Virus record (IMG/VR): IMGVR_UViG_3300028735_000003
Location: 124,001-188,000 of that record
DNA length: 64,000 nt
Strand: one strand, 5' to 3'
Shown here piece by piece: positions 49,230 through 60,220 of the stretch. Below the pieces are notes generated by a model. It was not told the DNA's origin and ran no database searches. It saw only the letters and a program-made list of their open reading frames with translations. The position numbers and the translations under genes were made by a program. The number at the start of each line of letters is the position of its first letter. The stretch's first letter is position 1.

Positions 49230-52200
49230 TATCTAGTCTCGGTGTTTATTATGATTGTGCCAGGAACAAAATATTCATTCTTTTGTGCTTGTATTTTTAG
49301 TAATTGACCAGCTTTACCAGCTTTATTAAAGTGTAATATTCTGGCTCTTGCTATACCTGGAACTGCTTGTGCTACATTTATCAATGTTGCGGAATCTACT
49401 ACTGTTCCTAATGATAGCGAAGTTAAAGATGATATCAATTGACTACGTAGGTTTTGAATCACAGTGTCTTCTGAACTCTTGTAATCATTAGATATGACAA
49501 CATTCATGGTTAAGTCTACCACTACTGTGATTGCTTGCTTTACTAATACATCAGCATTTATCGGTCGTGTATTTTCTATATTAAACGTTGTATCCGCAAT
49601 TAATCTGTTATAATAATATTTAATTGTAATTCTTTCATTTTGTTTTGGAGCCAAGTAATCATAAAATACTTTATACCTAGATCCTGTTGCTGGTTGAGTA
49701 AAAGACGAAACGGTAAATTTTGTTGATTGCGACGTTCTAAATCCGCTGGAAATATAGATCTTATTGATCAATGCGAATTTTTTATTAGTATATAATGAGC
49801 CGTTTCTAGTATAAGATACATTTTCAGAATCATTTTCAGTTACATAGTAAAATGAAACTCTTAATTTATCACCAATTGCAGGCAAATTCCTGGTATCTAA
49901 ATTAAGTGTATTATTCTGTGTGTATGGCAATATAAATTCATTGTTCTGCAAAGAAGGATCTGACAACATATCTGATAAATAAAACAGATTATTTTGTATG
50001 GTTGTATTCTTAACATCATACGTTGTTAATACAGATAAAACATCATTGCTTCCAGGACTTACAGTAATAACCTTTTCAAGCTTTATTAGCTTTGCCAATC
50101 TTACATTTGTTGGCAATGTGGCAGATGAGCTTAAGCCAAGTGCTTTGCGCATAGCTTCAGATAGATTTAATCTTAATCCATTAGCAGTTGCAGTAAAGAT
50201 TAAATCACTTGCTTTTGTAATTGATGTACCAGATATAGAAATAACACCAGTATTTACTACCTGATCTATGGTTGTACAAGCAAGTCTTGTCTGAGCCTTA
50301 CGTAGATTATTGAAGTTATAGAACATAACGAAAACACTGTCGCCAGGTTGTGCAGTTACTCCGCTAGCTAACAATATTCTATTGCTAGAAGCCTGTATAG
50401 TCCCAGAATAATTCCACACTTCTTTTCCATCAGAAATTCTAACTACAGATATTTGATCTTTAGTTACATGATCAAGTACATTAGCAATTGTAATAGTATT
50501 TGTAGCTAAATTATAGGATAAAATATCATATGTTCCATTATTATTAGGATCGGCTGCTCCAAATATTCTTAATTTCTTAGCAGTTAAATCGGCTTTACTT
50601 GAAAAATTTACAGATAAACTACTAACCAAACCAGTCCCTGACCCAACAGAAAGATAACCGTCCGTAACAGAATATAGAACGATGTCTGTGTTTGGCTCGA
50701 TTATAACATATTTCAGCCCAGATGCTTGAGGCACAAATTTGTTCAATGAAACCATCAATCTGCCAGATGCTGGTTCTTCAGACAATCTATCAATTCTTTG
50801 CTTAATTATCGTATTACTGTAGCTATATGGCTGATATCTTCTAATATCATCGGCATAGTATATTACTAAACACTTATCATTCAATGTTGGTGTATTGTAT
50901 CCAGTAAATATTAGTTGATAATTTCCGGCAGTACTCGTAGTTATTGTGCCTACATTATCAGAGTTCCATAACTCCAAATTGTCAGACAATCTTATTATTG
51001 ATATTATTTGACCCGCAGACAGAGAAAACTCTGAACTATTTATTGTCAATTCTACATAAAATTGAGAACTTAAATTCTGTCGCACTGTTGCGTTTTCTCT
51101 TCTAGAAATATTAGTTATACTGAAATTATTAAATCCAGTGTTATCGTTTAATTTAAACCCATTTCCTAAACGACTTGATGGAAGAGATGTAGTAGCAGAT
51201 GAAAACAAATCTGTAACATTAGCAATATATGTTACCATCAATTTTATTGAACTTGCCAAAGTATCTATAAGAACAGCAGGTATAGTTATTTGTTTTCCGC
51301 TAACACTACCATTAGTGCTTGTAGAATAAAATACATCAGAACTATTAAAATATACCGTAACCTTGTCTCCAACTTTAGCAGTACAATCCGTTGGTAAGAT
51401 TATTCTTATATTGTAAAGAACCTGAATACCAACTACGGTGGTTTCATTTATTACAGTGCCATTATTTTCTGCAGTATTGTATATTTCTACATTACTGTTT
51501 TTGATAGTAATGGAATCAATAGAATATGCAGAAACCGCATTATTTCTAATAACAACAGACAGTCTATTTACAAACACACCAGAAGTTACAGTTTCAACAT
51601 ATGTGTCTGCGCTACTGAACATTTTAGCAGATACAACGGAGCTAATATTGTGAGAAGCTGTGCCAACGAAAAAGTTATTGCTTATATTCTTATCAAACCA
51701 TATTTCTTCATTAGTAATCATTGAAGAATATCCCCAATCAATGCTATCGGTGACTGAGCGAGCATTAGAAGTATATTCTAATCCATCATAATCAGAATAT
51801 CGGTCATATGTAATAATCCAACTATAATCAACTTGTAATACGTCGCTAGGAGAAGGCAAAGTGTTTCCAGAAATCTTTATTCTTCCAGTAGTATTATATG
51901 TTCCTGTCTCATCCAAATTCTGATTTGTTACTATATAACGTTCACCAGTATTTACATTGAATACTCTAGTAACATTCGTTGCCGGGTAATGTAGTAGTTG
52001 GATAACAGATCTATCATAAGTTACAGTACTATTTTCGTTACTAATTGGTATTAATTGTTGAACTTGTGAAATACTTGTAACATCCGTAAATGATACATTA
52101 TCTTGACCATTAAATTGTGACTTAACCCTATCTTCTTGATAAAGAGATACTCTATCAGAAATCCAATGAAAAGTATCAAATCCCCAGGGACCACCGCTAT

Positions 52201-53326
52201 ACGCGCCAGTATCTTTTAACAGCTCATAGTTACCTGATATTCTGCCATATTCGTCAACAGTTTTTTCTTTAAAGTTTGACCCGCTTACTGATCCTGTAAC
52301 TTGGAGTATACTCTCTACTGGTTGTTTTGGTAAAACGCCACTTGCAATATTATCCAATCTTTTACGATTAATAGTCTTGTTTTCATCTCCAGATATTTGA
52401 CCTAACACAATATTATTTTTTGGACTAGTTGGGTCATTATTGTTGCTTTTGTCTATATAAATTTGGCTATCCGAATTTTCTACTAGTATAGAACCAAGTA
52501 TAGAGATATCTACTTTACCGCCTGAGCCTTCCGATACTATTGTCCGTGAACCATCTGAAGCAACAGTAACAACAGTTCCATCACGAGTCATTAATGGATC
52601 TCCTGGCTCAATAACTACTGCATCAGCAACGCCCGCTGTACTCAGAGCGGTATTTAGATATCCCAATGCAGTTCCTACACTAGAACCACTAAAAGATGAT
52701 AGCACTCTATTTCTAAATGAAACGTCATCTTCCTGATCGGCTCCGCCAGTAAATGCATTAATGTTTGTAACATTGCTGACACCAGGAATTGATGTTCTTG
52801 TTAAATAGTAGCTTCCTATATTTCCTATAGATCCTGCTGATGTTGCTGCTACAGTAACTTCAACTGCAAATTCATCAGAAATTCCAAGCAAATCCAACTG
52901 TGTTCTGTATTTAGTTGCAACAGATCTGTAGAAATTTGATGCTGATGGTGTAACCGAAATACCATTAGAAACGGCAAACGAGAATCCATTGGAGGCAATT
53001 ATGATATCACCTTTCCTGATATTTACAGGCGCATTTAAGCTTGAGAAAGTAAGCAAACATATACCAGAAGATGTGGTAGCTCTTTTTCTAATTATTCCGA
53101 AATTTTTTGCTAACTGATCTAGTTCACTACCTACAACTAATCTTAGTGATTGCTTGTTAGAAATTGCCGACAATTCATCATATAATAATGATAATTGTGT
53201 CGCTGGGGCATCTATAAATAAGTCTCTTGCAACGGATCCAGGCTTGATATCCAAATCAGGCTGAGCAATTCTGTAAAAATCAATCAGGCTTAGTATAATT
53301 TCATTAACGCTACGGATCGTTACCAT
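49229..53326 (-). CDS. Baseplate J / gp6-like wedge protein with a large insertion
   Basis: PGSVARDL, LDQLAKNFGIIR..A, GSIGN, VTN..AFTGGADQEDD..FRNR; C-terminal AVPGI. Confidence 0.85.
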   Translation of the reverse strand: MVTIRSVNEIILSLIDFYRIAQPDLDIKPGSVARDLFIDAPATQLSLLYDELSAISNKQSLRLVVGSELDQLAKNFGIIRKRATTSSGICLLTFSSLNAPVNIRKGDIIIASNGFSFAVSNGISVTPSASNFYRSVATKYRTQLDLLGISDEFAVEVTVAATSAGSIGNIGSYYLTRTSIPGVSNVTNINAFTGGADQEDDVSFRNRVLSSFSGSSVGTALGYLNTALSTAGVADAVVIEPGDPLMTRDGTVVTVASDGSRTIVSEGSGGKVDISILGSILVENSDSQIYIDKSNNNDPTSPKNNIVLGQISGDENKTINRKRLDNIASGVLPKQPVESILQVTGSVSGSNFKEKTVDEYGRISGNYELLKDTGAYSGGPWGFDTFHWISDRVSLYQEDRVKSQFNGQDNVSFTDVTSISQVQQLIPISNENSTVTYDRSVIQLLHYPATNVTRVFNVNTGERYIVTNQNLDETGTYNTTGRIKISGNTLPSPSDVLQVDYSWIITYDRYSDYDGLEYTSNARSVTDSIDWGYSSMITNEEIWFDKNISNNFFVGTASHNISSVVSAKMFSSADTYVETVTSGVFVNRLSVVIRNNAVSAYSIDSITIKNSNVEIYNTAENNGTVINETTVVGIQVLYNIRIILPTDCTAKVGDKVTVYFNSSDVFYSTSTNGSVSGKQITIPAVLIDTLASSIKLMVTYIANVTDLFSSATTSLPSSRLGNGFKLNDNTGFNNFSITNISRRENATVRQNLSSQFYVELTINSSEFSLSAGQIISIIRLSDNLELWNSDNVGTITTSTAGNYQLIFTGYNTPTLNDKCLVIYYADDIRRYQPYSYSNTIIKQRIDRLSEEPASGRLMVSLNKFVPQASGLKYVIIEPNTDIVLYSVTDGYLSVGSGTGLVSSLSVNFSSKADLTAKKLRIFGAADPNNNGTYDILSYNLATNTITIANVLDHVTKDQISVVRISDGKEVWNYSGTIQASSNRILLASGVTAQPGDSVFVMFYNFNNLRKAQTRLACTTIDQVVNTGVISISGTSITKASDLIFTATANGLRLNLSEAMRKALGLSSSATLPTNVRLAKLIKLEKVITVSPGSNDVLSVLTTYDVKNTTIQNNLFYLSDMLSDPSLQNNEFILPYTQNNTLNLDTRNLPAIGDKLRVSFYYVTENDSENVSYTRNGSLYTNKKFALINKIYISSGFRTSQSTKFTVSSFTQPATGSRYKVFYDYLAPKQNERITIKYYYNRLIADTTFNIENTRPINADVLVKQAITVVVDLTMNVVISNDYKSSEDTVIQNLRSQLISSLTSLSLGTVVDSATLINVAQAVPGIARARILHFNKAGKAGQLLKIQAQKNEYFVPGTIIINTETR

Positions 53327-53339
53327 AATTGTTCCTTGA

Positions 53340-53771
53340 TTATATTGTAGAGACTCTAAAAGCAGTAGTAATTGGTTTAGACCCTTTAGTAAAAGCCTTA
53401 ATTCTTACGTCAAACAATCTTGGATCTATTTTATTTCTAATTATAGATATATCCAAAATAGCTCCTAATTGCTCGTCTGCGCTCATTCTTTGGAAAGATT
53501 TAATCTGAAGATCTTGTAATGTCTTCAAGTTCTCCAATGATTTATTAAGCTGAGATTTTGCCATTTGGACTAAAACATCATTTTGATTAGGATTACCTAC
53601 TATAGTTCTAGATAGATAAGATCCATACCACGGATGTTGAGGATTAGATCCTGCCGTAGTTAAACATATCTTAAGTATATCCTGTATTAACTTTTCAGAA
53701 TCAACTACAGTTTGTAGTTTGCCCTTGTTAATTACCAAATCACCTTTATTTATCTTCAAATCAAACGACAT
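53340..53771 (-). CDS. gp25/gpW-like baseplate wedge (sheath initiator) protein
   Basis: GDLVI...KLIQDILK...T..GS...HPWYGS; size and position immediately before the J-like gene. Confidence 0.75.
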   Translation of the reverse strand: MSFDLKINKGDLVINKGKLQTVVDSEKLIQDILKICLTTAGSNPQHPWYGSYLSRTIVGNPNQNDVLVQMAKSQLNKSLENLKTLQDLQIKSFQRMSADEQLGAILDISIIRNKIDPRLFDVRIKAFTKGSKPITTAFRVSTI

Positions 53772-53840
53772 TCAACGTTCTCCTACCTTTCCTAATGCGG
53801 AAATATTAGATAAATCTCTAGGTTAGAAGAATCGTTATAT

Positions 53841-55520
53841 CTAACTATTATTTTGACGTTTATCTAAGTACAGCTTATCCATGAGATTAAAAAAGTCTTT
53901 AACAGTTCTATTTAAAGAACTAATGGACACAGATAACTGACTTTGTGTAGCATCTGGTTTATTTAACAAGTATTTCATTCGATTGAATGCGTCTTTATCC
54001 AGAAAACCAAGTAGATCTTCAATTGGCATTATGTATAAAGATGCAATTATAGCTAATATATCGCACAATCCGAGACCACTAAATTCTCCCATAATCATTT
54101 CTATAATTTGAAGAGCTTCTCCAGCTTTTTTCATTGAAAAATTTCGAGCAGACGTTAATCTTTCTACGGTATCATTAGTAATATTACCGCAGGCAGGGTT
54201 TACATCTGGATTAAATATAGTCGCTACACTGGGAAATACGGGGCTTCTTACAACTTGTTCATATCCTGAACTAGCAGCGGTTTGTCCTATAAACTTTTCA
54301 ATAGACGCAATTATTAAATCATAATCGTCAATGGTTATGAACATAGGATTATTCATCAATTGTTTAGATATAATTATCGGTCTTATAGTACAGCCTCCTT
54401 CTGGACCATTTGTGGCAGGAATTGGCAACCAATAGTAAAATTTCTGTGTCTCTTCAATAGCATTTTGTGCTTGAACCAATTTATCGATCATTGCACGCAT
54501 GATATCTAAATATCCCAAGAATCTCTGTTGTTCATTTAATTTATAATCTTGAGAAATTTTTTGTATTAATTCTTCATCTGCAATTGATGGAACGTTGGCA
54601 ACGTAATCCTTAAGTTCCTGTAATTCTCCAGAAATATTTGGTTCTGACAATCTATTACGTATGATTGTTTCTAACATAGGAATCTCGACAGTAACTGTCG
54701 GTGATGCTATAAGATGTTTGTCGCTTAAAACAAACGGTACTGCGGGCATGTTTTCAACATTAACACTTTCTGAATATCTAGCATCAACAAGGAATGGGTA
54801 TAAGATATGTTTTCGATCAAATGCAGTTTTAGGAAGTGTTGGGGTTGTTCCGTCTGCTCCAATATATTCTGTTAGATCTGGCTTATTATTACCCACATGC
54901 CCCTCTTTACTAATAGTATATGTTTGGCTCAATGGATCTAGATCTGAACCTAATTGATCTATGGCTAGTATCTTTTCCAGTGGAGCAATAAAATCTCTCT
55001 TATTCATACTAGATAGGGCAAGAACCGAAGCATTTAAAGATTGATTATAGTTAAAAATGTTAGCAAAAGTAGAGGCAGTAGATTCTCTAGCATCAAATAG
55101 CGCTGTCAAAGCTTTTATATTTATAGATGTAGTTGCTATTCTAATTTTATCGGATTTTTTTATTTGTTTAGAATTATTGTTAGCATCTTTAAACATTGAA
55201 TCAAAACCAGGATTATAGAAGTCAGTTCCATCATATACAGGAAAGCCAATCATCCTATAAAAGGCGTGACATCTGCTTTCCTGATATGTATCCTCTGGTT
55301 TTAATAAATCCCTTAGAGAATTGTTTTTTATAGCTTTTGTAATATCATTAACAGTTTTACCACTAATACTTATTTTGCTTCTATAATCATCAATTCCTCG
55401 TTGTTTAGTTTTGCTTGGTTTATTTGGTTTGATAAAACTATAATACGCATCTTTTACATTAAAATCAAATGTTTGACGATTTTTGTAGTTATTTTGGTTC
55501 GTTTTATTAGGCTCCACCAT
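53841..55520 (-). CDS. Hypothetical protein, probably virion/baseplate
   Basis: 559-aa ORF coupled to the upstream gene in the baseplate module. Confidence 0.6.
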   Translation of the reverse strand: MVEPNKTNQNNYKNRQTFDFNVKDAYYSFIKPNKPSKTKQRGIDDYRSKISISGKTVNDITKAIKNNSLRDLLKPEDTYQESRCHAFYRMIGFPVYDGTDFYNPGFDSMFKDANNNSKQIKKSDKIRIATTSINIKALTALFDARESTASTFANIFNYNQSLNASVLALSSMNKRDFIAPLEKILAIDQLGSDLDPLSQTYTISKEGHVGNNKPDLTEYIGADGTTPTLPKTAFDRKHILYPFLVDARYSESVNVENMPAVPFVLSDKHLIASPTVTVEIPMLETIIRNRLSEPNISGELQELKDYVANVPSIADEELIQKISQDYKLNEQQRFLGYLDIMRAMIDKLVQAQNAIEETQKFYYWLPIPATNGPEGGCTIRPIIISKQLMNNPMFITIDDYDLIIASIEKFIGQTAASSGYEQVVRSPVFPSVATIFNPDVNPACGNITNDTVERLTSARNFSMKKAGEALQIIEMIMGEFSGLGLCDILAIIASLYIMPIEDLLGFLDKDAFNRMKYLLNKPDATQSQLSVSISSLNRTVKDFFNLMDKLYLDKRQNNS

Positions 55521-57748
55521 TACATACCGTCCCTGCCACCACTACCATCTATAGCCGCGTCACGTTCGTCTCTTCTTGGTTGACCAGTTACGTCACTCTC
55601 AGAAACAGCAGTCCCAGCCCCAATACCTGCAGGAGTATATACAAATTGATATTCTATTTCTTGCAATGTATGTGTTGGATCTTTATCAATATCACTTGGT
55701 AAAGTATTTGTGCAGAATATATTATCATCAAATGATATCATCATCTTGCCTTTGCCAGGGGTCTTACTAGTTATTTCTGCTGTGAAAGCCTGATATCCAT
55801 CGTAATTAAAATTGGTTACATTTCCAAATGTGGCATATGGTTTAATCTTAGCTGCAATACCAGAGGCAACATCTTGTGTAAGATTTGTCGTAATAGGAAA
55901 ACCATTTCTTTCATTAATATTTACTGTAACCTTAATTGATTTGCTAGTAAATTGTTTAGTTGGTTCAAGTGTAAAGTTGCTTTTACAAGGATCAAACCCT
56001 AAACTAACCATTTTTCCTAATGTAGTGTTTGTATCATCTTTTAATTTTTGCAAACAAACTAGACTTGTAGCTTGGAATTGCGCAACACCAAGCACAGTAA
56101 AATTACTTCTTAATGCAGAAATTGCTGTGGTTAAGCACTCTTGTGCCTTCTTTGGGTTAGGAAATCCATTTTCCTCTTTAAGCGCCTCATTCAATAACGC
56201 CAACTTAAGACCAGCATCACCGGCAATAACATTAGATACAAACTGCCTATCTATAGATAAGTCTGGCAAACATCCTAATGTAATTAAATCTTTTCCAATC
56301 AGTACCGGTCTATTTGGTTTAAATGTGTATTCAACATCTGAATATAAATAACCATCTGTTGGTTGTGGGTTTGGCTCAATAGACGTCAATACTGCAGGCA
56401 TATGGAAAAAGTTTCCTAATGTTGCCTGAATTGTCCCCTGAGTCACACCATCTTCCAAATAAGCTTTTAGTACTGTTGTTCCATCATCTTCATAGCCTGC
56501 ACCACGTACTAATTTAAATACTCCATTTGGTACAGTAATAGATTCATTCTTATAATCCAACAAATTAGTTGTAGGAGCTGTAAGGACTATACAATCTTTA
56601 AATCTGATGTAACGAGCAGGTCCATCGGACTGTTTGAAACGTCCCCAATTTTTTGGTTCATAGAATATGCGTAAATCAACAGTATATGCAGCCTGCTTTG
56701 GATCTGTTGTATCATTATACACAGCATCTGTTGGGAAAAACACCGGTTTCGGAGTATTAATAATATTCCCATTAGGATCAACTTGGGGGATATCATATCC
56801 ATCAACAATATTTATGAATGCTTGCCCAATTTCTTGATTTGGATCGTACAATTGCCAGCTTTCTGGTCTATAATCAACTGTAAAGAATGGATTAGTCCCA
56901 AAAGGTAGCGGCAATGTCGTTTGAACAGCTATTTGGTTATAATATTGTAATTTACCTGTAAATCTAGTATAATCACTCTTAACAATAGTTGGACAAACGT
57001 CAGGAGTACAACAACTATCTGCATCAGTAGAACCAGAGTCATCACAAGGAGGAATCGAAAATACTAAACTAAGAATATCCCTAAATATATCGATAATAAT
57101 ATTAATTACTGCTAACAATACAAATAGGTTCTGAAAAATACACAAAAATGATCCTAATTTCTTAGCGATTGCTAGAACAGAATTTTCATCAGCTCTAGCC
57201 ACTGCTTTATACAAAGCATTTAAGTTTCTAAGAATTCTTTTAATCATTTTGATGATTTCATTAATTATATATTCAATCAAAGCTAATAGCAATAATAGCA
57301 AAGAAATAATCATAATAATTAAAGCAAATAATGGGAATAGATTAAGAAAATCTGGAAGACAATTTCTAAATAATCTTTTCAGAGCCCTACTAAGTTTAAA
57401 TGGGTTCTTTATGGCGCATAACACTTCAATTATGCACAATAATAATTTCAAAATTGGCAAGAAAAATTTATACATCATCAAGTAAGGCATAAATTGATCT
57501 AGCAATTTCATAATTGCATCGAATATGTCTCTTCCAAAGTTTGGACTTAATGATGGTTTTAATGCGCCAGGAGGAATAAGCATTTGAAGCTTATTTAATA
57601 TATTTAGTAAGTCTTCGGGAAATCCATCTGGGAACGGATTAATATTTGGAAGTTTTAATGAGAAAGGCGTGCCAAATCCAGGAATAGCCGGACCACTAGG
57701 ACCATCAGGTATATTGAACGATACATCGTTTGGAGAACAGGGGCTCAT
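55520..57748 (-). CDS. Hypothetical protein with hydrophobic N-terminal helices, 3 DGY motifs
   Basis: 742 aa; FPLFALIIMIISLLLLLLALIEYII and two further apolar Cys-containing helices. Confidence 0.6.
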   Translation of the reverse strand: MSPCSPNDVSFNIPDGPSGPAIPGFGTPFSLKLPNINPFPDGFPEDLLNILNKLQMLIPPGALKPSLSPNFGRDIFDAIMKLLDQFMPYLMMYKFFLPILKLLLCIIEVLCAIKNPFKLSRALKRLFRNCLPDFLNLFPLFALIIMIISLLLLLLALIEYIINEIIKMIKRILRNLNALYKAVARADENSVLAIAKKLGSFLCIFQNLFVLLAVINIIIDIFRDILSLVFSIPPCDDSGSTDADSCCTPDVCPTIVKSDYTRFTGKLQYYNQIAVQTTLPLPFGTNPFFTVDYRPESWQLYDPNQEIGQAFINIVDGYDIPQVDPNGNIINTPKPVFFPTDAVYNDTTDPKQAAYTVDLRIFYEPKNWGRFKQSDGPARYIRFKDCIVLTAPTTNLLDYKNESITVPNGVFKLVRGAGYEDDGTTVLKAYLEDGVTQGTIQATLGNFFHMPAVLTSIEPNPQPTDGYLYSDVEYTFKPNRPVLIGKDLITLGCLPDLSIDRQFVSNVIAGDAGLKLALLNEALKEENGFPNPKKAQECLTTAISALRSNFTVLGVAQFQATSLVCLQKLKDDTNTTLGKMVSLGFDPCKSNFTLEPTKQFTSKSIKVTVNINERNGFPITTNLTQDVASGIAAKIKPYATFGNVTNFNYDGYQAFTAEITSKTPGKGKMMISFDDNIFCTNTLPSDIDKDPTHTLQEIEYQFVYTPAGIGAGTAVSESDVTGQPRRDERDAAIDGSGGRDGM

Positions 57749-57768
57749 ATTACTCTATATATATCAGA

Positions 57769-58125
57769 TTATTTAGATTCGCCAGGAAGCTTAGGCTCCA
57801 ATGGTCCTTTAATAGAACCATATACTCCCATCCCTTCCTCTATCGCATCAATCATTTTGGTAGCCCAATAAGTTACCGCTGCATTGACTTTAAGTGCATC
57901 AATAGAATTAATGTCATGATATATCGCTAATTTAGTTACTACCTTCCATAAATCCTTATGGATATCTTCTTGCAGTTCAGAATATGAATATTCTGTCTTT
58001 TTCAAACCAGCTTCAGTACCAATCGCATCCACGATAGCATCAGCTAATTTTACCATGCCAAGTTCTCTCGCTTCATCAGCTTGTAATAATAGTTTATTGT
58101 AAATAACAGGATCTAATTTCCTCAT
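57769..58125 (-). CDS. Hypothetical protein
   Basis: 118-aa ORF with an AGGAG RBS. Confidence 0.65.
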   Translation of the reverse strand: MRKLDPVIYNKLLLQADEARELGMVKLADAIVDAIGTEAGLKKTEYSYSELQEDIHKDLWKVVTKLAIYHDINSIDALKVNAAVTYWATKMIDAIEEGMGVYGSIKGPLEPKLPGESK

Positions 58126-58134
58126 AACTTCTCC

Positions 58135-60219
58135 TTATATTGAGCCACCAGTTTCCTTTTGTACTAACCTATTTTGAAGAATTAAGTTTTCTGCCTCTAT
58201 TGAAATATCGGCATCGCTTGTTATCTTCATGCCTTGTGATGCATGCATCCTAACAAATGATGGCGTCAAAATTTGTATACCAGTCTTATCAATCCTTATC
58301 ATAGTAGCTTGTAATCCATCTTGTAATACTCTAATATCTATAACCGCCCCCTTATATCCATTATATGGCGCATTAGGTCCTGTAAATCTGCTATCAGTTG
58401 ATACACCAACACCTCCAACTTGAATATAAACGTCTCCATCCATATTCATCGCTAAACTTCTACTCTTTAAGTCTCTTCCAATATTAGAAACAATTCCTCC
58501 TGCCATATCTAACCACAACGATTGCCTATCTATAGTATTGGCGCCAATATTAAGTTCTAAAGATCCATCTAGATTTATAGATCCGCTTCTGCCCCCTGCA
58601 TTAGCGTCATCGCCAGAGGTTTTAATTGTACTGGTAACTATATGATTTAAATCTGGACCAGTTTCAGCATTATTCTGTTCAGTAATAGCATCAACATCAA
58701 TAGTACTTAATGGCAAATCATCATTTTGATATTGCAAAAACATAACTTGAGAATGAGAGTAGCATGTATTTAAAATGTCATGATAAGCAGTTCCGTGTTT
58801 TATTGGTTGTTTAGTTATTCGATCTATAGGTGTAGCGACCGCATCTCCATCCATTATAGTAATAGACCCTCTATTTGAACTGTCTTGAGGAATTACATCA
58901 TTCGAGTTCCTATTTACATGCGGTGAAGCAAATGAATCTAAAAAGATATCTAGATTGTCATCTCTATATTCAAAAGCATCAGGATTGCTAGCTCCGAATG
59001 TAGAATAATTTTCATATCTTGTTAGCAATGGAACATTGCCCTTTTCACTAGATGCCGGTACGTTAATTTTAAATTGTCCTTCTTTATCTATATCAATAAA
59101 GAATCTACTTCTATTTCTGGCATAATCGGCGTTTGATTCAATATCTAATAATGCAACAATATCAGTATTAGCTTTTGTTGTATTCTTCCCTGATAGATCT
59201 TTTCTAGCATTTAATTCGAAATGATATGCTATGCTTTTTCTTTCGAGTTCCTTAATCTTTAAAAAAGATTGAACCTTGTCTGTACTTTTCTTGGCATTAA
59301 TCGTATTTTGCCCAGTTCCTATTGGTAATGGAACTCTGTTTAAATCCAGTATGTTTCCAAAAATATCTACAACTGTTCCCTTGACGGTTTCCATTAAATA
59401 ATTCGGAGAAGCAAGGGTAAGGCTAAGTGTATCAGTGCGCGCTGTACGTCTGTTAATAAAATTGTAAGCTTTTGGAACTGGATTTTTATCACTATAGAGA
59501 GACGACTCATACAGATCATCAGCAATATCTGCGTAATATTGAAACTCATAAATCATCTCTCGTTGTTCTACAAAAGGAGGATTTTTACTAGAACCAGAAG
59601 CGATATTTGGAGATGTCGATGGATCCATACCAATTACAAATAATTGTGATTGATATAAATCATTTTCAAGTTTCAATGATTGTGATATTTTATCGTTTAA
59701 CCTTAAATCTCTCCTAACTAATCCATTAATTTGTCTGCCAGATTGGGTAAAATGATATTCATCCTGAAAATTAACACTAAATAAACTAGATGATGTATTT
59801 AGGTGTATTCTACTTTTATCAGCACCGATAATGATATCTTCATTTTTATCTAATGTTATTTTCGTTTTACCGTAGTTGCTTGTAATTAAAATCTCCCCCC
59901 AATCTAGAGAAGGAACGTATTCTGGAATATTTTCCGCCAAAAAAGACACAAAATACCATTGGTTACCACTTCCTTGTGCAACTACAACAGGAGTTTCTGG
60001 ATCTGGAAATGTTCCGATAAATAAACCATTATTATAGAACATACTATGAGGGCATGGAACATCTATGGGCGAATTACTACTCATAGCGGGGGCTGTATGC
60101 AACTCTACCTGCATCATCCCTGTTTTTTCATTGTATCCCTTTATAGTTCCCCTCTTTAATAAACCAACTGATTCATCAAATAAATCAGTACTGTCATTGT
60201 AACGATACATTATAGGCAT
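58135..60219 (-). CDS. Putative baseplate central spike (gp5/gpV/VgrG-like)
   Basis: N-terminal OB-fold-like pattern (RGTIKGYN...MQVEL...P.PETPVVV) and C-terminal beta repeats; follows the hub gene. Start moved to MPIM. Confidence 0.55.
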   Translation of the reverse strand: MPIMYRYNDSTDLFDESVGLLKRGTIKGYNEKTGMMQVELHTAPAMSSNSPIDVPCPHSMFYNNGLFIGTFPDPETPVVVAQGSGNQWYFVSFLAENIPEYVPSLDWGEILITSNYGKTKITLDKNEDIIIGADKSRIHLNTSSSLFSVNFQDEYHFTQSGRQINGLVRRDLRLNDKISQSLKLENDLYQSQLFVIGMDPSTSPNIASGSSKNPPFVEQREMIYEFQYYADIADDLYESSLYSDKNPVPKAYNFINRRTARTDTLSLTLASPNYLMETVKGTVVDIFGNILDLNRVPLPIGTGQNTINAKKSTDKVQSFLKIKELERKSIAYHFELNARKDLSGKNTTKANTDIVALLDIESNADYARNRSRFFIDIDKEGQFKINVPASSEKGNVPLLTRYENYSTFGASNPDAFEYRDDNLDIFLDSFASPHVNRNSNDVIPQDSSNRGSITIMDGDAVATPIDRITKQPIKHGTAYHDILNTCYSHSQVMFLQYQNDDLPLSTIDVDAITEQNNAETGPDLNHIVTSTIKTSGDDANAGGRSGSINLDGSLELNIGANTIDRQSLWLDMAGGIVSNIGRDLKSRSLAMNMDGDVYIQVGGVGVSTDSRFTGPNAPYNGYKGAVIDIRVLQDGLQATMIRIDKTGIQILTPSFVRMHASQGMKITSDADISIEAENLILQNRLVQKETGGSI

Positions 60220-60220
60220 A

